A stretch of 42,222 nt of DNA. Origin: an uncultured Candidatus Saccharibacteria bacterium (GTDB taxonomy: Bacteria > Patescibacteriota > Minisyncoccia > Phycocordibacterales > PALSA-1337). Below the pieces are notes generated by a model that saw nothing but the letters and a program-made list of their open reading frames with translations, was not told the DNA's origin and did not search any database. The stretch covers positions 1 to 42,222 of the forward strand of contig CAYGGI010000002.1 in the NCBI GenBank assembly GCA_964349525.1. Direction: 5' to 3'. The position numbers and the translations under genes were made by a program. Numbering within the stretch: the stretch's first letter is position 1; the number at the start of each line of letters is the position of its first letter. Of the stretch, positions 16,890-27,081 are shown in pieces.

Positions 16890-18023
16890 ATGAAAATCCT
16901 TTTTACTGGCGGCGGAACAGGTGGACACTTTTACCCCATTATCGCCATTGCCGAAGCCATCTATGATCGCACGAAGGAAAAGAAGCTTGTCACGCCCCAG
17001 CTCTACTTCATGTCGCCCACACCCTACAACGCCCGGGCTCTTTTCGACACGGATATCGAGTTCATACCAGTGCCGGCAGGGAAGATCCGTCGCTACTTTT
17101 CCTTCCTCAATTTCACCGATATTTTCAAAACGTTTTTCGGCGTCATCTCTGCCACAAAAAAAATGTTCAAGCTGTATCCCGATGTAGTCTTCGGCAAAGG
17201 TGGCTACGCGAGCTTCCCGGCACTCCTCGCCGCGCGCGTTCTCCGCATTCCCGTCGTCATTCATGAGTCGGACAGCAAGCCGGGCAAAGTCAACGCATGG
17301 GCAGGGAAATTCGCCCGCAAGATTGCCCTCGCCTATCCCGAGGCCGCACATGCCTTCCATATCCGCGACACGAGCAAGATCGCCTTTACCGGCATGCCCG
17401 TCAGAAGGGAGATAAAGGATCCGCTCGAGAATGGCGCCCGTGAATTCCTCCAACTAGAAGAGGGTACTCCTGTCATCGTTATCCTCGGCGGTTCGCAGGG
17501 TTCGCAGACGATCAACGATGTTCTCATTGACGCCCTTCCCGAGCTCCTCTCGCGCTACCAGATCATTCACCAGACAGGAAAGAATAATCTCGAAATCGTC
17601 AAGCAGATGAGTAGTGTTGTCCTCAAGAATAATGAGCACGCTCATCGTTACCACCCCTTTGATTACTTGAACGACCTTGCCCTCCGTATGTCCGGTGGCG
17701 TTGCCGATGTCATCATTTCCCGTGCTGGTTCGACGATCTTCGAGATCGCCTCGTGGGGGGTGCCGTCCATCATCATCCCTCTCTCACAGGAAGTCAGTCA
17801 TGATCAGACGGAAAACGCATTTTCCTACGCCCGTTCTGGCGCCTGCACGGTTATCGAGGAACACAATTTCGGCTCCCACATCCTCGTTTCAGAAATTGAC
17901 AATATCGTCAAAAATCAGTCTGTTAAAGACAGGATGCATCTTTCTACCAAGCAGTTTAGCCATCCTGACGCTGCGCAGAAAATCGCTGATGTCATACTCG
18001 AGATAGGACTGGAACATGAGTAA
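16890..18023 (+). CDS. murG: undecaprenyl-PP-MurNAc-pentapeptide GlcNAc transferase MurG
   Basis: ILFTGGGTGGHFYPIIAIAEA and C-terminal ISRAGSTIFE..P.I.IP motifs. Confidence 0.93.
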   Translation: MKILFTGGGTGGHFYPIIAIAEAIYDRTKEKKLVTPQLYFMSPTPYNARALFDTDIEFIPVPAGKIRRYFSFLNFTDIFKTFFGVISATKKMFKLYPDVVFGKGGYASFPALLAARVLRIPVVIHESDSKPGKVNAWAGKFARKIALAYPEAAHAFHIRDTSKIAFTGMPVRREIKDPLENGAREFLQLEEGTPVIVILGGSQGSQTINDVLIDALPELLSRYQIIHQTGKNNLEIVKQMSSVVLKNNEHAHRYHPFDYLNDLALRMSGGVADVIISRAGSTIFEIASWGVPSIIIPLSQEVSHDQTENAFSYARSGACTVIEEHNFGSHILVSEIDNIVKNQSVKDRMHLSTKQFSHPDAAQKIADVILEIGLEHE

Positions 18024-18086
18024 AGAGTGTGCTATACTACGCATCTAATAGATTATTAATTTACCAGCTAATTTTACATAACATAT

Positions 18087-18581
18087 ATGGAACCAAATCA
18101 AGGAATCAAGACATGGCAGTGGGTTGTGACGGTGATAGTTATTATCATCCTCATTGTGCTCGGTTACTATCTCTTCAAGGGTGACAAGACTGCACCTGTT
18201 ACAGAGACTCCTATTACAGAAGAGCCAGTGGCAGACGCAAATGAGGTCAACCGCATCACCGTTTCCGACCAGTATCCAGGAAACGTCGTCTATGTTTCTT
18301 CAGCACAGTTTGCGAACGCCGGCTGGGTTGAGATTCACAAGGATAATGCAGGAACTCCAGGAGCAATCATCGGATCTATGTACTTCAACAAAGGCATAAA
18401 TCCAGGAAAGATCACTCTTACTGAAAAAACAGTTGATGGCGGCACCTACTACGCGATGCTCCATAGCGATGACGGAGACAAGAAATTTGACGCCGCAAAA
18501 GATCTTCCATTGAAGAATAGCAAGGGCGATATCATCATGAAGGTCTTCCGCGCAACAACAAGTCTTACAGAGGTAAAATAA
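18087..18581 (+). CDS. membrane-anchored exported protein of unknown function
   Basis: N-terminal TM helix WQWVVTVIVIIILIVLGYYLF followed by a beta-rich domain (GWVEIHKDNAGTPGAIIG..YYAMLHSDDGD). Confidence 0.65.
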   Translation: MEPNQGIKTWQWVVTVIVIIILIVLGYYLFKGDKTAPVTETPITEEPVADANEVNRITVSDQYPGNVVYVSSAQFANAGWVEIHKDNAGTPGAIIGSMYFNKGINPGKITLTEKTVDGGTYYAMLHSDDGDKKFDAAKDLPLKNSKGDIIMKVFRATTSLTEVK

Positions 18582-18607
18582 TTCGGTAAAGAATTTGTAG
18601 GCACATA

Positions 18608-18630
18608 GCACCCAAAATAAGGGTGCTTTT
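18608..18630 (+). terminator. rho-independent terminator
   Basis: gcaccc (18608-18613) pairs with gggtgc (18621-18626), followed by tttt. Confidence 0.7.
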
Positions 18631-18631
18631 G

Positions 18632-18640
18632 TGTTATAAT
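18632..18640 (+). promoter_or_regulatory. extended -10 promoter TGtTATAAT
   Basis: TATAAT at 18635-18640. The ORF-track ATG at 18639 sits inside the -10 box, so 18651 is the likely start. Confidence 0.5.
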
Positions 18641-18650
18641 GATGCCATTC

Positions 18651-19901
18651 ATGCCACGAAAAACACTTCTTTTCCTCTTCATTTTTGTTCTTTCCGCCTC
18701 TCTTACCCATGCTCAAAGCGCCGAGGAGCTTCGTGGCCAGATAAGTGAGAAAAATAATTCGATTCAACAACTCGAAGCAGAGATAAGGGCTTACCAGAAC
18801 CAGATCGACACGCTCGGCAAGGAAGCCAATTCGCTTAAGAATACCCTGACTTCCCTTGATCTCTCGCGTAAGAAATTGGAGACAAACCTTGCCTTGACCC
18901 AGAGGAAGATAGAGAATACCAACCTGGAGATAGCTCGGCTTTCCCTCCAGATAGACGATAAAAGTAGTCGGATAGGGGACAGTAGACGCGCAGTCTCACA
19001 GTCGCTTGTGGCTATTTCGAAAACAGATACCACATCACTCTTTGAAACCTTCCTGAGCTCGGAAACCCTCACGGATATCTGGAATAATGCCGAAGAACTC
19101 GCGACGCTTCAGACGAATGTCACCAGTCGTATCCATGAACTTCAAACCGTCAAGGTCTCCCTTGAAAGCAACAAAAGTGCGACAGAAAAAAAGAAAAAGG
19201 AGCTCGTCTCTCTGAAAGCTGATCTCGCGGATCAAAAACAGGTTATCGCCGATACCGTGAAGGCAAAAAATGTTCTTCTCTCAGAAACAAAAAATATAGA
19301 ATCAAACTACAAGAAACTTCTCGTTACCAAACAACTTCAGAAAGAGGAATCCGAAAGAGAAATGCAGGCTCTAGAATCCTCACTCAGAATCGCCATTGAC
19401 CCCACGAGTTTGCCAAGCACGGGCAAAGGAGTCTTGAGATGGCCGGTTGATATGATAAAAATTAGCCAGAATTTCGGTATTACGAAATTCTCTCCAGTAA
19501 TTCCTCATAATGGAGTGGACTTCGCCATACCGATAGGTACTCCGATAAAATCTTCTTTGAATGGTTTTGTTGTCGATGCGGGTAATATGGATCTCGCGAA
19601 CGGAGGCCGATGTCGGTCATATGGAAAATGGATACTGGTACAACATCCGAACGGTCTCTCGACGCTCTATGCCCACCTCTCGCTCATAAAAGTAAGCAAA
19701 AGCCAAAGTGTCTCTACTGGTGAGGTCATAGCATATAGCGGTAATACAGGGAATTCAACAGGACCACACCTACACTTCACCGTCTTTGCTTCTCAGGGTG
19801 TAAGTATCCGCACACTCGTGAATGGGGTCAGCTGCAAGAATGCCCTCTTGCCGGCCGCTCCGAGGGAGGCCTACCTTAATCCCTTGTTGTATTTACCCTA
19901 A
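18651..19901 (+). CDS. M23 family metallopeptidase with N-terminal coiled coil (EnvC-like)
   Basis: Signal peptide, a long coiled coil, and M23 motifs PHNGVDFA and GPHLHF. Confidence 0.88.
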   Translation: MPRKTLLFLFIFVLSASLTHAQSAEELRGQISEKNNSIQQLEAEIRAYQNQIDTLGKEANSLKNTLTSLDLSRKKLETNLALTQRKIENTNLEIARLSLQIDDKSSRIGDSRRAVSQSLVAISKTDTTSLFETFLSSETLTDIWNNAEELATLQTNVTSRIHELQTVKVSLESNKSATEKKKKELVSLKADLADQKQVIADTVKAKNVLLSETKNIESNYKKLLVTKQLQKEESEREMQALESSLRIAIDPTSLPSTGKGVLRWPVDMIKISQNFGITKFSPVIPHNGVDFAIPIGTPIKSSLNGFVVDAGNMDLANGGRCRSYGKWILVQHPNGLSTLYAHLSLIKVSKSQSVSTGEVIAYSGNTGNSTGPHLHFTVFASQGVSIRTLVNGVSCKNALLPAAPREAYLNPLLYLP

Positions 19902-20906
19902 CTATTTAAACCGTGTCTTGAGGTATCTCATGCACGAATATGCATAATAAAAAATAGTACGGAAAGGAATATCAATATTTCCCATGTATTCGAGTTCCTG
20001 CCCTTTGAACTGGCGTTTGTAAGTTGTTAAGCTCGGCCATCGACGTGAATCAATAGCACCAAGGTCATAATACTTGCACCCTCTGCGCTTGGCCTCCTTC
20101 ATGGCGTACCAGTGACAGTAGGTATCGGCCTTCGAGTTCATTTCTGCAGTATGGGAAGCACCGTAAAGGTATGTCGCTGTCTTTCCGAAAAAAAGGACAA
20201 AGTGAATTGATGCAGGTCTGTCCTCGCAATAGCCCAAGAACATGGTGAGGGGAATTTTTTTAAGAAGAAAGTGGAAATATTCGTCGTGAGGATAGGCGTT
20301 CTTACCGTTATTACGCCTAATCGTATCATTCACCATGTCCGTGAAGATCTGATAATCAGCAGGAGTGGCAGCATCCTTAACAGTTACCGTTACCCCGCGC
20401 TTTTCCGCCCGCCGAGTGTTCGAGCGTGTTGAAGAGTGAAAAGATGCTAGGATATCTTCCTCACTTTTTGTTAGATCAACGACGATGTTGTGGCGGGGCT
20501 GGACGTAATGGGAAGGAAAATGAAATCCTGGAAGTCTGAATTCAGGTGAAAAGGTAACAGGCGGTTCGAGACGCACGAATATGAGATGGGGAAATTGTTT
20601 CCTCACCCACACTCCGACTGTCTGGAAAACCTCGGCAATCTTTTTTGCATCGATATTTCCTCGTACTACCGGTCCACGAGGGACGTAGCCGTATGCGAAG
20701 CCAAAAGCTAGTTTTAATTCGACGAGGGTAAAGACAGCCACTAGATTATCCCCATCCATGACAGAGTATCGACCAACCCTTCTCCCGAGATCTTTCTGGA
20801 ACGCTCCCCAGCCCCAGGCCTGCATAAAGGCTCCTACGGGAGGGTAGTTGTCTTGTACAAAGAGATCCCATTGACGGGGATCTAGAGTTGTGTCGGTTAC
20901 CTTCAT
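19902..20906 (-). CDS. FemAB/FemX-family peptidoglycan peptidyltransferase
   Basis: 334 aa with ATYLYGASHT and a GNAT-like duplicated fold pattern. Its start overlaps the DUF192 stop (ATGA). Confidence 0.75.
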   Translation of the reverse strand: MKVTDTTLDPRQWDLFVQDNYPPVGAFMQAWGWGAFQKDLGRRVGRYSVMDGDNLVAVFTLVELKLAFGFAYGYVPRGPVVRGNIDAKKIAEVFQTVGVWVRKQFPHLIFVRLEPPVTFSPEFRLPGFHFPSHYVQPRHNIVVDLTKSEEDILASFHSSTRSNTRRAEKRGVTVTVKDAATPADYQIFTDMVNDTIRRNNGKNAYPHDEYFHFLLKKIPLTMFLGYCEDRPASIHFVLFFGKTATYLYGASHTAEMNSKADTYCHWYAMKEAKRRGCKYYDLGAIDSRRWPSLTTYKRQFKGQELEYMGNIDIPFRTIFYYAYSCMRYLKTRFK

Positions 20907-21412
20907 TGGGTGAGAGGAATATTTTTAAAAGTTACCAGGTCTCCTATCCGGATGTCGTGCGCTGTGCTGAAGCCCGCGTTGACCTCGAGGACATACTGGG
21001 CAGGTCGCCGTGGTGTGTAGTAGACAGGTTTCGCAGGGTCAAAGGTGTTCGTGACATCATGCGATATGTCAACGACCCGTCCTTCGTTCAACCATATCAT
21101 ATCGAGTGGAAAATGCATGTCTGGCATCCAGAAACGATAGACGGAGGGCTTGGAGAACATGAACAGCATGCCGTGTTCAGTATCGAGCGACTTTCGACCA
21201 GACAGACCCTTTTGTATCTGCGCGCTTGTACGAGCGAGTTCGACAGGGATGGAAGTGGTACCGATTACTATTTCAGGTGAGTTCGACACTACACGTGGTA
21301 TATCTGCCACGGCGGCAGTTTCCGAGGTGAATGAGTGACTATTTTTAAAAGATACCGAAGCTATGCCCGCTAGTACTAGAACGGCGACGGAAAAGACAAT
21401 GACCTTTTTCAT
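20903..21412 (-). CDS. DUF192 (COG1430) exported protein
   Basis: Signal peptide MKKVIVFSVAVLVLAG, then GMLFMF..WMPDMHFPLDMIWL motifs. Confidence 0.75.
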   Translation of the reverse strand: MKKVIVFSVAVLVLAGIASVSFKNSHSFTSETAAVADIPRVVSNSPEIVIGTTSIPVELARTSAQIQKGLSGRKSLDTEHGMLFMFSKPSVYRFWMPDMHFPLDMIWLNEGRVVDISHDVTNTFDPAKPVYYTPRRPAQYVLEVNAGFSTAHDIRIGDLVTFKNIPLTQ

Positions 21413-21418
21413 ACGGAT

Positions 21419-21427
21419 ATTATACCA
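21419..21427 (-). promoter_or_regulatory. extended -10 promoter (TGgTATAAT) 6 nt before the DUF192 ATG
   Basis: The minus strand reads tggtataatatccgtATG. Confidence 0.55.
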
Positions 21428-21469
21428 TACAAGAATAGCGGGTTGCTGGTGGATAATCCGTGAAAATTC

Positions 21470-21478
21470 TGCTAGTAT
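21470..21478 (+). promoter_or_regulatory. extended -10 promoter TGcTAGTAT for alr
   Basis: Lies 19 nt upstream of the ATG at 21498, divergent from the DUF192 promoter. Confidence 0.45.
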
Positions 21479-21497
21479 TAGCGCATTCATCACTCAC

Positions 21498-22640
21498 ATG
21501 TACAGGAAAACTTATATCGAAATTTCCACAGACGACCTACAACATAATGTGAAGACGCTCATTCGCGATTACCCAGACTACAGCTACTACATCGGCGTCG
21601 TTAAGGGGAACGCCTACGGGCACGGTCGCGAGGCCGTGAAGTCTCTCGTTCTCGCTGGTATTAATTATCTCGCCGTTTCCTATCTCGAGGAAGCAGTTGC
21701 CCTACGAAACGAAGGTTTAGAAACGCCTATACTCTGCCTCCAACCCATACATATCGATGAGGTTCCCCTCGCCATCGAACACAATGTTGCTATTACACTC
21801 TCTGAATATGAATATTTCAAGAAGCTCGTCACGCAGGACTTCCTCAAGAATCTTCACGGGGAATTGAAAATTCATGTCAAAGTAAATAGTGGATTGAATA
21901 GATTTGGCATATCAAAGAAAGAAGAGATTCTAGAAATAGTCAACATACTCAAGAAAATCCCTCAGCTCAAGCTTGAAGGCATCTATTCGCATTTCGCAAC
22001 GACGGGTGTTCACGATGCGCATTGGAATAATCAGCTCACCGCGTTTAAAGAAATAACCTTCCTTATAAACCTCAAGGAAATTCCCATTGTCCATCTCGGC
22101 AGAAGTCTGACGCTCCTGCATCATGAAAAAATTGATTTCTGCAACGCGGTACGCGCGGGTGTAGTCATGTATGGATATTATCAACCCTCAGTAAAACCTA
22201 AGGGATTCAGGGCGTGGATACGTTCGCTCATGTGCCGCATGGATACGCTTGAGGCGCCGCGAGATTTCAAACCTGCTTTTGGTGTGAAAAGTGAAATCAT
22301 AGAAACTCGCAACATAAGGAAAGGAGATTTTGTCGGTTACGGAGCGGCCTTCGAGGCAGAGGAAGACTGTCGCATCGGCTTTATCCCGATCGGCTACGCA
22401 GACGGATTTTTCAGGAGAAATAAAGGGGGAGATGTTGCTATCGGCGGTAAACGATACCAGATACTCGCGGTCGATATGGCGGTCGTGACGGTGCTTGTTG
22501 ACGATGCGGTACATGTAGGTGACGAAGTGGAACTCATTGGCGTAAACATCCCCATCGCCGAAGTCGCCTGTCGTAACAATACAACCGTCTACGAGATACT
22601 CTGCGCCTTCAAGGAAACTTTGCCGCGGATACTCATATGA
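21498..22640 (+). CDS. alr: alanine racemase family (PLP fold type III) racemase
   Basis: PLP-lysine motif VVKGNAYGHG and C-terminal beta domain. The start at 21498 is chosen from the conserved N-terminus. Confidence 0.88.
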   Translation: MYRKTYIEISTDDLQHNVKTLIRDYPDYSYYIGVVKGNAYGHGREAVKSLVLAGINYLAVSYLEEAVALRNEGLETPILCLQPIHIDEVPLAIEHNVAITLSEYEYFKKLVTQDFLKNLHGELKIHVKVNSGLNRFGISKKEEILEIVNILKKIPQLKLEGIYSHFATTGVHDAHWNNQLTAFKEITFLINLKEIPIVHLGRSLTLLHHEKIDFCNAVRAGVVMYGYYQPSVKPKGFRAWIRSLMCRMDTLEAPRDFKPAFGVKSEIIETRNIRKGDFVGYGAAFEAEEDCRIGFIPIGYADGFFRRNKGGDVAIGGKRYQILAVDMAVVTVLVDDAVHVGDEVELIGVNIPIAEVACRNNTTVYEILCAFKETLPRILI

Positions 22641-23857
22641 ATTTCACCGTACTCATCCTCGGGTCAGACGCGAACGCCTACTATATGGCGCGGTGTTATC
22701 ATGAGCTCTATGGAAAAAAGGTCGATATGATGAGCAAGGGTCGCATCGCCGTGACCACCTACAGTAGCATCATCAACTTCACCGAGGTTGATGGAATATA
22801 TGATAAGGAAACTTTTATACTAACCCTCAGTGCGTATGCTCAAAAAAGTAACTATGAAAAAATTCTTTTAGTCGGTACGAATGATAAATATGTACGACTC
22901 ATCGTGGAAAATCAAGACAGACTTGATACAAAGTTTGTTCACAACTATCCGAGTCTCGACCTTATGGATACCATGCTTGTCAAGGATAAGTTCTACAGCG
23001 CATTTCAGGGATCTTTTCAAGGGATGCTCGGACTGCCGAAAACTTTTATCTATTCCTGTACAGAAAAGCCGAAGATTGCGGACGACTTTACCTATCCTGT
23101 AATACTCAAGCCGGGAAATGGTATCGAATATCACGACCATCATTTCAATGGAATGAGTAAAGTTTATAAAATCCAATCCTACGCATCGTTGCTCGATACG
23201 ATTAAAAAAATAGAAGATTCTGGGTACACTGACAACCTCGTTATTCAGGAATTTATACCCGGTGACGACTGCGCACTTTTCGACGCCGTATTTTATTCTG
23301 GTAAGGATAAGAAGGTGAAGCTCATGACGTTTGCAGAGATCGGTCTCCAGGAGAGGACGCCGACAGGTGTGGGGAACTGCACGGTGCTCGTCAATGGCTT
23401 CGACGAACATGGGTACAAGGAATCCCTGGTCTATGCCATGAAGGATTTTCTCGAAAAGATTGGCTTCCAGGGCTTCTGCGAATTTGATCTGAAATATGAT
23501 TCTCGGGACGGGAAGTATAAGGTTTTCGAAATCAACCCTCGGCAGGCGCGAAGTAGCTACTACCTGGCGGCGTGCGGGCATAATCTCATGAAATACCTGA
23601 TCGATGATGTGATATATGGAAAGGAAATTCCCGTGACTCTTATGAAAAATGAGCTCGCCTTGAGCTTTGTTCCAAAGATTGTTGTCAGGAAATATGTGAC
23701 GAGCGTTCCGCTCCGAGCAAAGATAGAGAGTTTGATTAAAACTGGCAAATACGTCAGACCACTCCATTATGCCAAAGATTCAGGAATAAAGAGAAAGATG
23801 TATCTGCTTTTGAGGGATATAAACTACATTATTAAATACCGGAAGCTCTCTTGGTAA
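22637..23857 (+). CDS. ATP-grasp carboxylate-amine ligase
   Basis: VILKPGNG, LVIQEFIPGDD and FEINPRQARSSY motifs. Its ATG overlaps the alr stop (ATGA). Confidence 0.75.
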   Translation: MNFTVLILGSDANAYYMARCYHELYGKKVDMMSKGRIAVTTYSSIINFTEVDGIYDKETFILTLSAYAQKSNYEKILLVGTNDKYVRLIVENQDRLDTKFVHNYPSLDLMDTMLVKDKFYSAFQGSFQGMLGLPKTFIYSCTEKPKIADDFTYPVILKPGNGIEYHDHHFNGMSKVYKIQSYASLLDTIKKIEDSGYTDNLVIQEFIPGDDCALFDAVFYSGKDKKVKLMTFAEIGLQERTPTGVGNCTVLVNGFDEHGYKESLVYAMKDFLEKIGFQGFCEFDLKYDSRDGKYKVFEINPRQARSSYYLAACGHNLMKYLIDDVIYGKEIPVTLMKNELALSFVPKIVVRKYVTSVPLRAKIESLIKTGKYVRPLHYAKDSGIKRKMYLLLRDINYIIKYRKLSW

Positions 23858-25718
23858 AGAATTCTTCGTACCACAAGAGAAAAGAGAGTAGTGTCCATAT
23901 CTTTCGAGCATTATTCTTCCTGCTACTTTTGTGTTCGTTGAGAATACCCATGATTTTTTCCTTGTTAAAATATTTTGAGGCAGTTTCATTTCCAAAATAA
24001 CTTTTCACGAAATTATAGTAGCGATCCTCTCGGAGCCATTCGACGAGGGGAAGAGGGAAGGCCATCTTCGTCCGATCGGCGCTCACGGCGTTTATCTTTT
24101 GTGCTGCGGCTTTGCGAAGAGCCAGCTTGGTATTTGTCGCATCAACCTTATACTTTGTTGGCACTGTCCTCGCGATATTCCAGATCTCTCTGTCGAGGAA
24201 GGGGACTCGGAGCTCGAGCGAGCTTGCCATACTCATTTTATCCGCTTTGAGGAGAATTTCCTGGACCATCCACATGTGAATGTCGAGGTATTGCATCTTG
24301 GTGATGTCATCCTTATTTTTTACTTGATCGTAAAAAGGCTTTGTCAACTCAGTAGGGGATACACCCGCGAGTTTATTTTTATAAGAATCATTTAAAACAT
24401 CTTTCCGCTCTTTTTCATTAAAAATGTTGCTGTTACCGATGTATCTTTCCTCCACCGTTTTGCTTCCGCGGATAATAAAGTTTTTTCCAGTGAAATCTGG
24501 CAAGATGCCGACAATTCCTGCTAGAATTTTCCGCAGAAAAAAAGGGGTTTTCTGATATTTCAGAAGCGCAAGAGGCTCCTTGTAGACATTGTAGCCACCG
24601 AACATTTCATCTGCACCTTCGCCCGAGAGGACGACCTTGACTTTACGACCGGCGAGAGCCGAGAGCTCGTAGAGGAGGTTAGCACTCGGGTTGCCCAGTG
24701 GTTCATCGAGATGGTACTGGACTTTCCCAGCATGTTTGAAATATTCCTCGGAAGAAACAATTTTGAGCTCATTACTGACACCGATTTCATCTGCAAGTTC
24801 CTTTGCACTTTCATCCTCACTATATTTTTTGTTATCGAAACCGATAGTAAAAGTCTGGATTTTCCCGAGTCGGGAGAGCTCGTATGCCACAATGCTCGAG
24901 TCGACACCACCGGAGAGGAAGGATCCAACTTCAACATCACTTATTTTATGGGCGCTTACCGACTCTTCGAGCGTCGCACCTATTTTATCCGAGAAGTATT
25001 CCATCGATTTGCTTTCGTCCATGTCGAAATTAACTGAAAAGTATTGAGTGACTGTCAGTTTATTGTTGGAGTATTCGAAGTAGTGTCCAGGTGGGAGTTT
25101 GTAGACGTTTTTAAAGAATGTATCATTACCCGGAACACAACTGAAGGTGAGAAAGTCCGGAAGCTTTTCTTCGTTAAGTTCTTTTTTAAAATGTGGATGG
25201 GCGAGAAATCCTTTTATTTCTGAACCAAAGAGAAAAGTGTTGTCCATGATTGCGTAATACATAGGTTTTATGCCAAAGAAGTCTCGTGCCCCAAAAATCT
25301 TTTTTAATTTTGTATCCCAAATAATAAACGAAAACATTCCCCGCAATTTATTTAATAAATCTGTGCCGTATTCCTCGTAGCCGTGAATGAGAACTTCGGA
25401 GTCGGTCTGTGTCGCGAAGATATGACCTTTGGCAATGAGGTCTTGCCTAATATCTTTGTAATTATATATCTCACCATTGAAAACGAGGACTTTTGTCTTG
25501 TCTTCATTATATATTGGCTGGGAACCACCTTCGAGATCGATGATACTCAGGCGCCTGAAGCCGAGAGAAATAGCATCATCGGAGTAGGTGTCCTCTGAGT
25601 CTGGACCTCTATGGGAAATAGCCGAAAGCATACTAGAAAGAACCTCTTTTCGAGACATCCCTGCTTTTTTATCTATTCCATTCTCGCGATCCTCTGTAAA
25701 GCCGATAAATCCACACAT
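23832..25718 (-). CDS. asnB: asparagine synthase (glutamine-hydrolysing) family amidotransferase
   Basis: N-terminal MCGFIGF (Cys2 nucleophile), PP-loop SGGVDSS, 628 aa. Confidence 0.9.
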   Translation of the reverse strand: MCGFIGFTEDRENGIDKKAGMSRKEVLSSMLSAISHRGPDSEDTYSDDAISLGFRRLSIIDLEGGSQPIYNEDKTKVLVFNGEIYNYKDIRQDLIAKGHIFATQTDSEVLIHGYEEYGTDLLNKLRGMFSFIIWDTKLKKIFGARDFFGIKPMYYAIMDNTFLFGSEIKGFLAHPHFKKELNEEKLPDFLTFSCVPGNDTFFKNVYKLPPGHYFEYSNNKLTVTQYFSVNFDMDESKSMEYFSDKIGATLEESVSAHKISDVEVGSFLSGGVDSSIVAYELSRLGKIQTFTIGFDNKKYSEDESAKELADEIGVSNELKIVSSEEYFKHAGKVQYHLDEPLGNPSANLLYELSALAGRKVKVVLSGEGADEMFGGYNVYKEPLALLKYQKTPFFLRKILAGIVGILPDFTGKNFIIRGSKTVEERYIGNSNIFNEKERKDVLNDSYKNKLAGVSPTELTKPFYDQVKNKDDITKMQYLDIHMWMVQEILLKADKMSMASSLELRVPFLDREIWNIARTVPTKYKVDATNTKLALRKAAAQKINAVSADRTKMAFPLPLVEWLREDRYYNFVKSYFGNETASKYFNKEKIMGILNEHKSSRKNNARKIWTLLSFLLWYEEFFTKRASGI

Positions 25719-25741
25719 ATTCTGATTATAGCATAGCGATG

Positions 25742-25750
25742 TGATATAAT
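25742..25750 (+). promoter_or_regulatory. extended -10 promoter (TGaTATAAT) 7 nt before the TTG start
   Basis: TATAAT at 25745-25750, TTG at 25758. Confidence 0.5.
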
Positions 25751-25757
25751 CGTCATA

Positions 25758-27062
25758 TTGAAAAAAACACTTAAAAAAGTCGTTCCAACCTTTGTTTTCA
25801 GCCTTTATTACCGCCTTCTCGCGCTCGCGGGAGCCTGTTTCTATGGTTTTCCATCGAGAAAAATGGTTATCATCGGCGTGACAGGGACAAAGGGTAAGAC
25901 TTCGACGGCGAACTTCATCTGGTCATGTCTCCAGGTTGGCGGGCATAAAACGGGGATTATCAGCACGGCGAATATTCGCATCGGTGGGAAGGAGCTTCTC
26001 AACGAATACCATATGACGATGCCTGGAAGATTTACCATTCAGAAGCTACTCGCGCGGATGGTAAAGGAGGGCTGTACCCACTGCGTCGTCGAGACGACTT
26101 CCGAAGGCATCCAGCAGTATCGCCACATCGGAGTCGACTACGACATTGCCGCCTTTACGAATCTCTCGCCAGAGCATCTCCCGTCTCACGGAGGAAGTTT
26201 CGAGAAGTATAAAGAGATGAAGACGAAAATGTTCGCCGCACTTTCCTCGCATAAAAAAGTTATTGACGGAAAAGAAATAGAGAAAGTAATTATTGTTAAT
26301 AATGACAGCGAACATGCCGGAGATTTCCTGCGTTTTGTGGCCGATAAAAAAATAACTTTTGCGCTCAATAATTCCGCTGATTATCTAGCAAAAAATGTGC
26401 AGGAGACCGGCGCAGGTGTGGACTTCGAAGTCATGCATTCGAAGTATCAGATTAGCATTCTCGGCAAGTTCAATGTCTACAATGCCTTGCCAGCTATCAT
26501 CGTTTCGCACCTTATGAATATTGAGGATTCCGCGATTACCCGAGGCTTGCGCGATCTCCAGATGATTCCCGGGAGAATGGAAAAAATAGATGGAGGGCAG
26601 AATTTCACCGTCATCGTCGACTACGCGCACGAGAAAGTCAGCATGACAAATGTTTTAGAGACGGCAAATGCTATGAAAAAGCCAGGGACGAAGACGATTA
26701 TCCTGCTTGGTGCTGAGGGTGGGGGAAGAGATAAAGCCAAGAGACCGATCATGGGCGAGCTTGCCGCTACAATGGCAGACTACGTTGTCGTCACGAATGT
26801 TGATCCCTACGAAGACGATCCAGGGGAGATTCTCGAAGACATCGCAATCGCCGCAGAAAAGTTCGGAAAAATGAGAAATAAAAACCTTTTTGTCATCGAG
26901 GATCGTCGAGATGGTATTCAAAAAGCTCTGTCTCTTGCGGAAGCAGGGGACATCGTCCTCATTACTGGCAAGGGCGCGGAGCAGTCGATGATTATTGGTG
27001 GTAAAAGCATACCGTGGGATGATAGGGAAGTGGTGAGGGAGGAGTTGAAAATGGTACAATAA
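25758..27062 (+). CDS. murE: Mur ligase, MurE-like (adds the third stem-peptide residue)
   Basis: P-loop GVTGTKGKTST, DYAHEK, and C-terminal VTNVDPYEDDP where DAP-type enzymes have DNPR. Confidence 0.8.
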   Translation: MKKTLKKVVPTFVFSLYYRLLALAGACFYGFPSRKMVIIGVTGTKGKTSTANFIWSCLQVGGHKTGIISTANIRIGGKELLNEYHMTMPGRFTIQKLLARMVKEGCTHCVVETTSEGIQQYRHIGVDYDIAAFTNLSPEHLPSHGGSFEKYKEMKTKMFAALSSHKKVIDGKEIEKVIIVNNDSEHAGDFLRFVADKKITFALNNSADYLAKNVQETGAGVDFEVMHSKYQISILGKFNVYNALPAIIVSHLMNIEDSAITRGLRDLQMIPGRMEKIDGGQNFTVIVDYAHEKVSMTNVLETANAMKKPGTKTIILLGAEGGGRDKAKRPIMGELAATMADYVVVTNVDPYEDDPGEILEDIAIAAEKFGKMRNKNLFVIEDRRDGIQKALSLAEAGDIVLITGKGAEQSMIIGGKSIPWDDREVVREELKMVQ

Positions 27063-27081
27063 GCAGTATAATCGTTATCAT

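Noticed and set aside
16764-17453. 229-aa minus-strand ORF overlapping murG.
   Set aside because: MurG on the plus strand is unambiguous, and the antisense product has no recognisable features.
22868-23767. 299-aa minus-strand ORF, the longest antisense ORF in the window.
   Set aside because: The plus-strand product carries ATP-grasp motifs (QEFIPG, EINPR) and is translationally coupled to alr. The antisense frame has no motifs.
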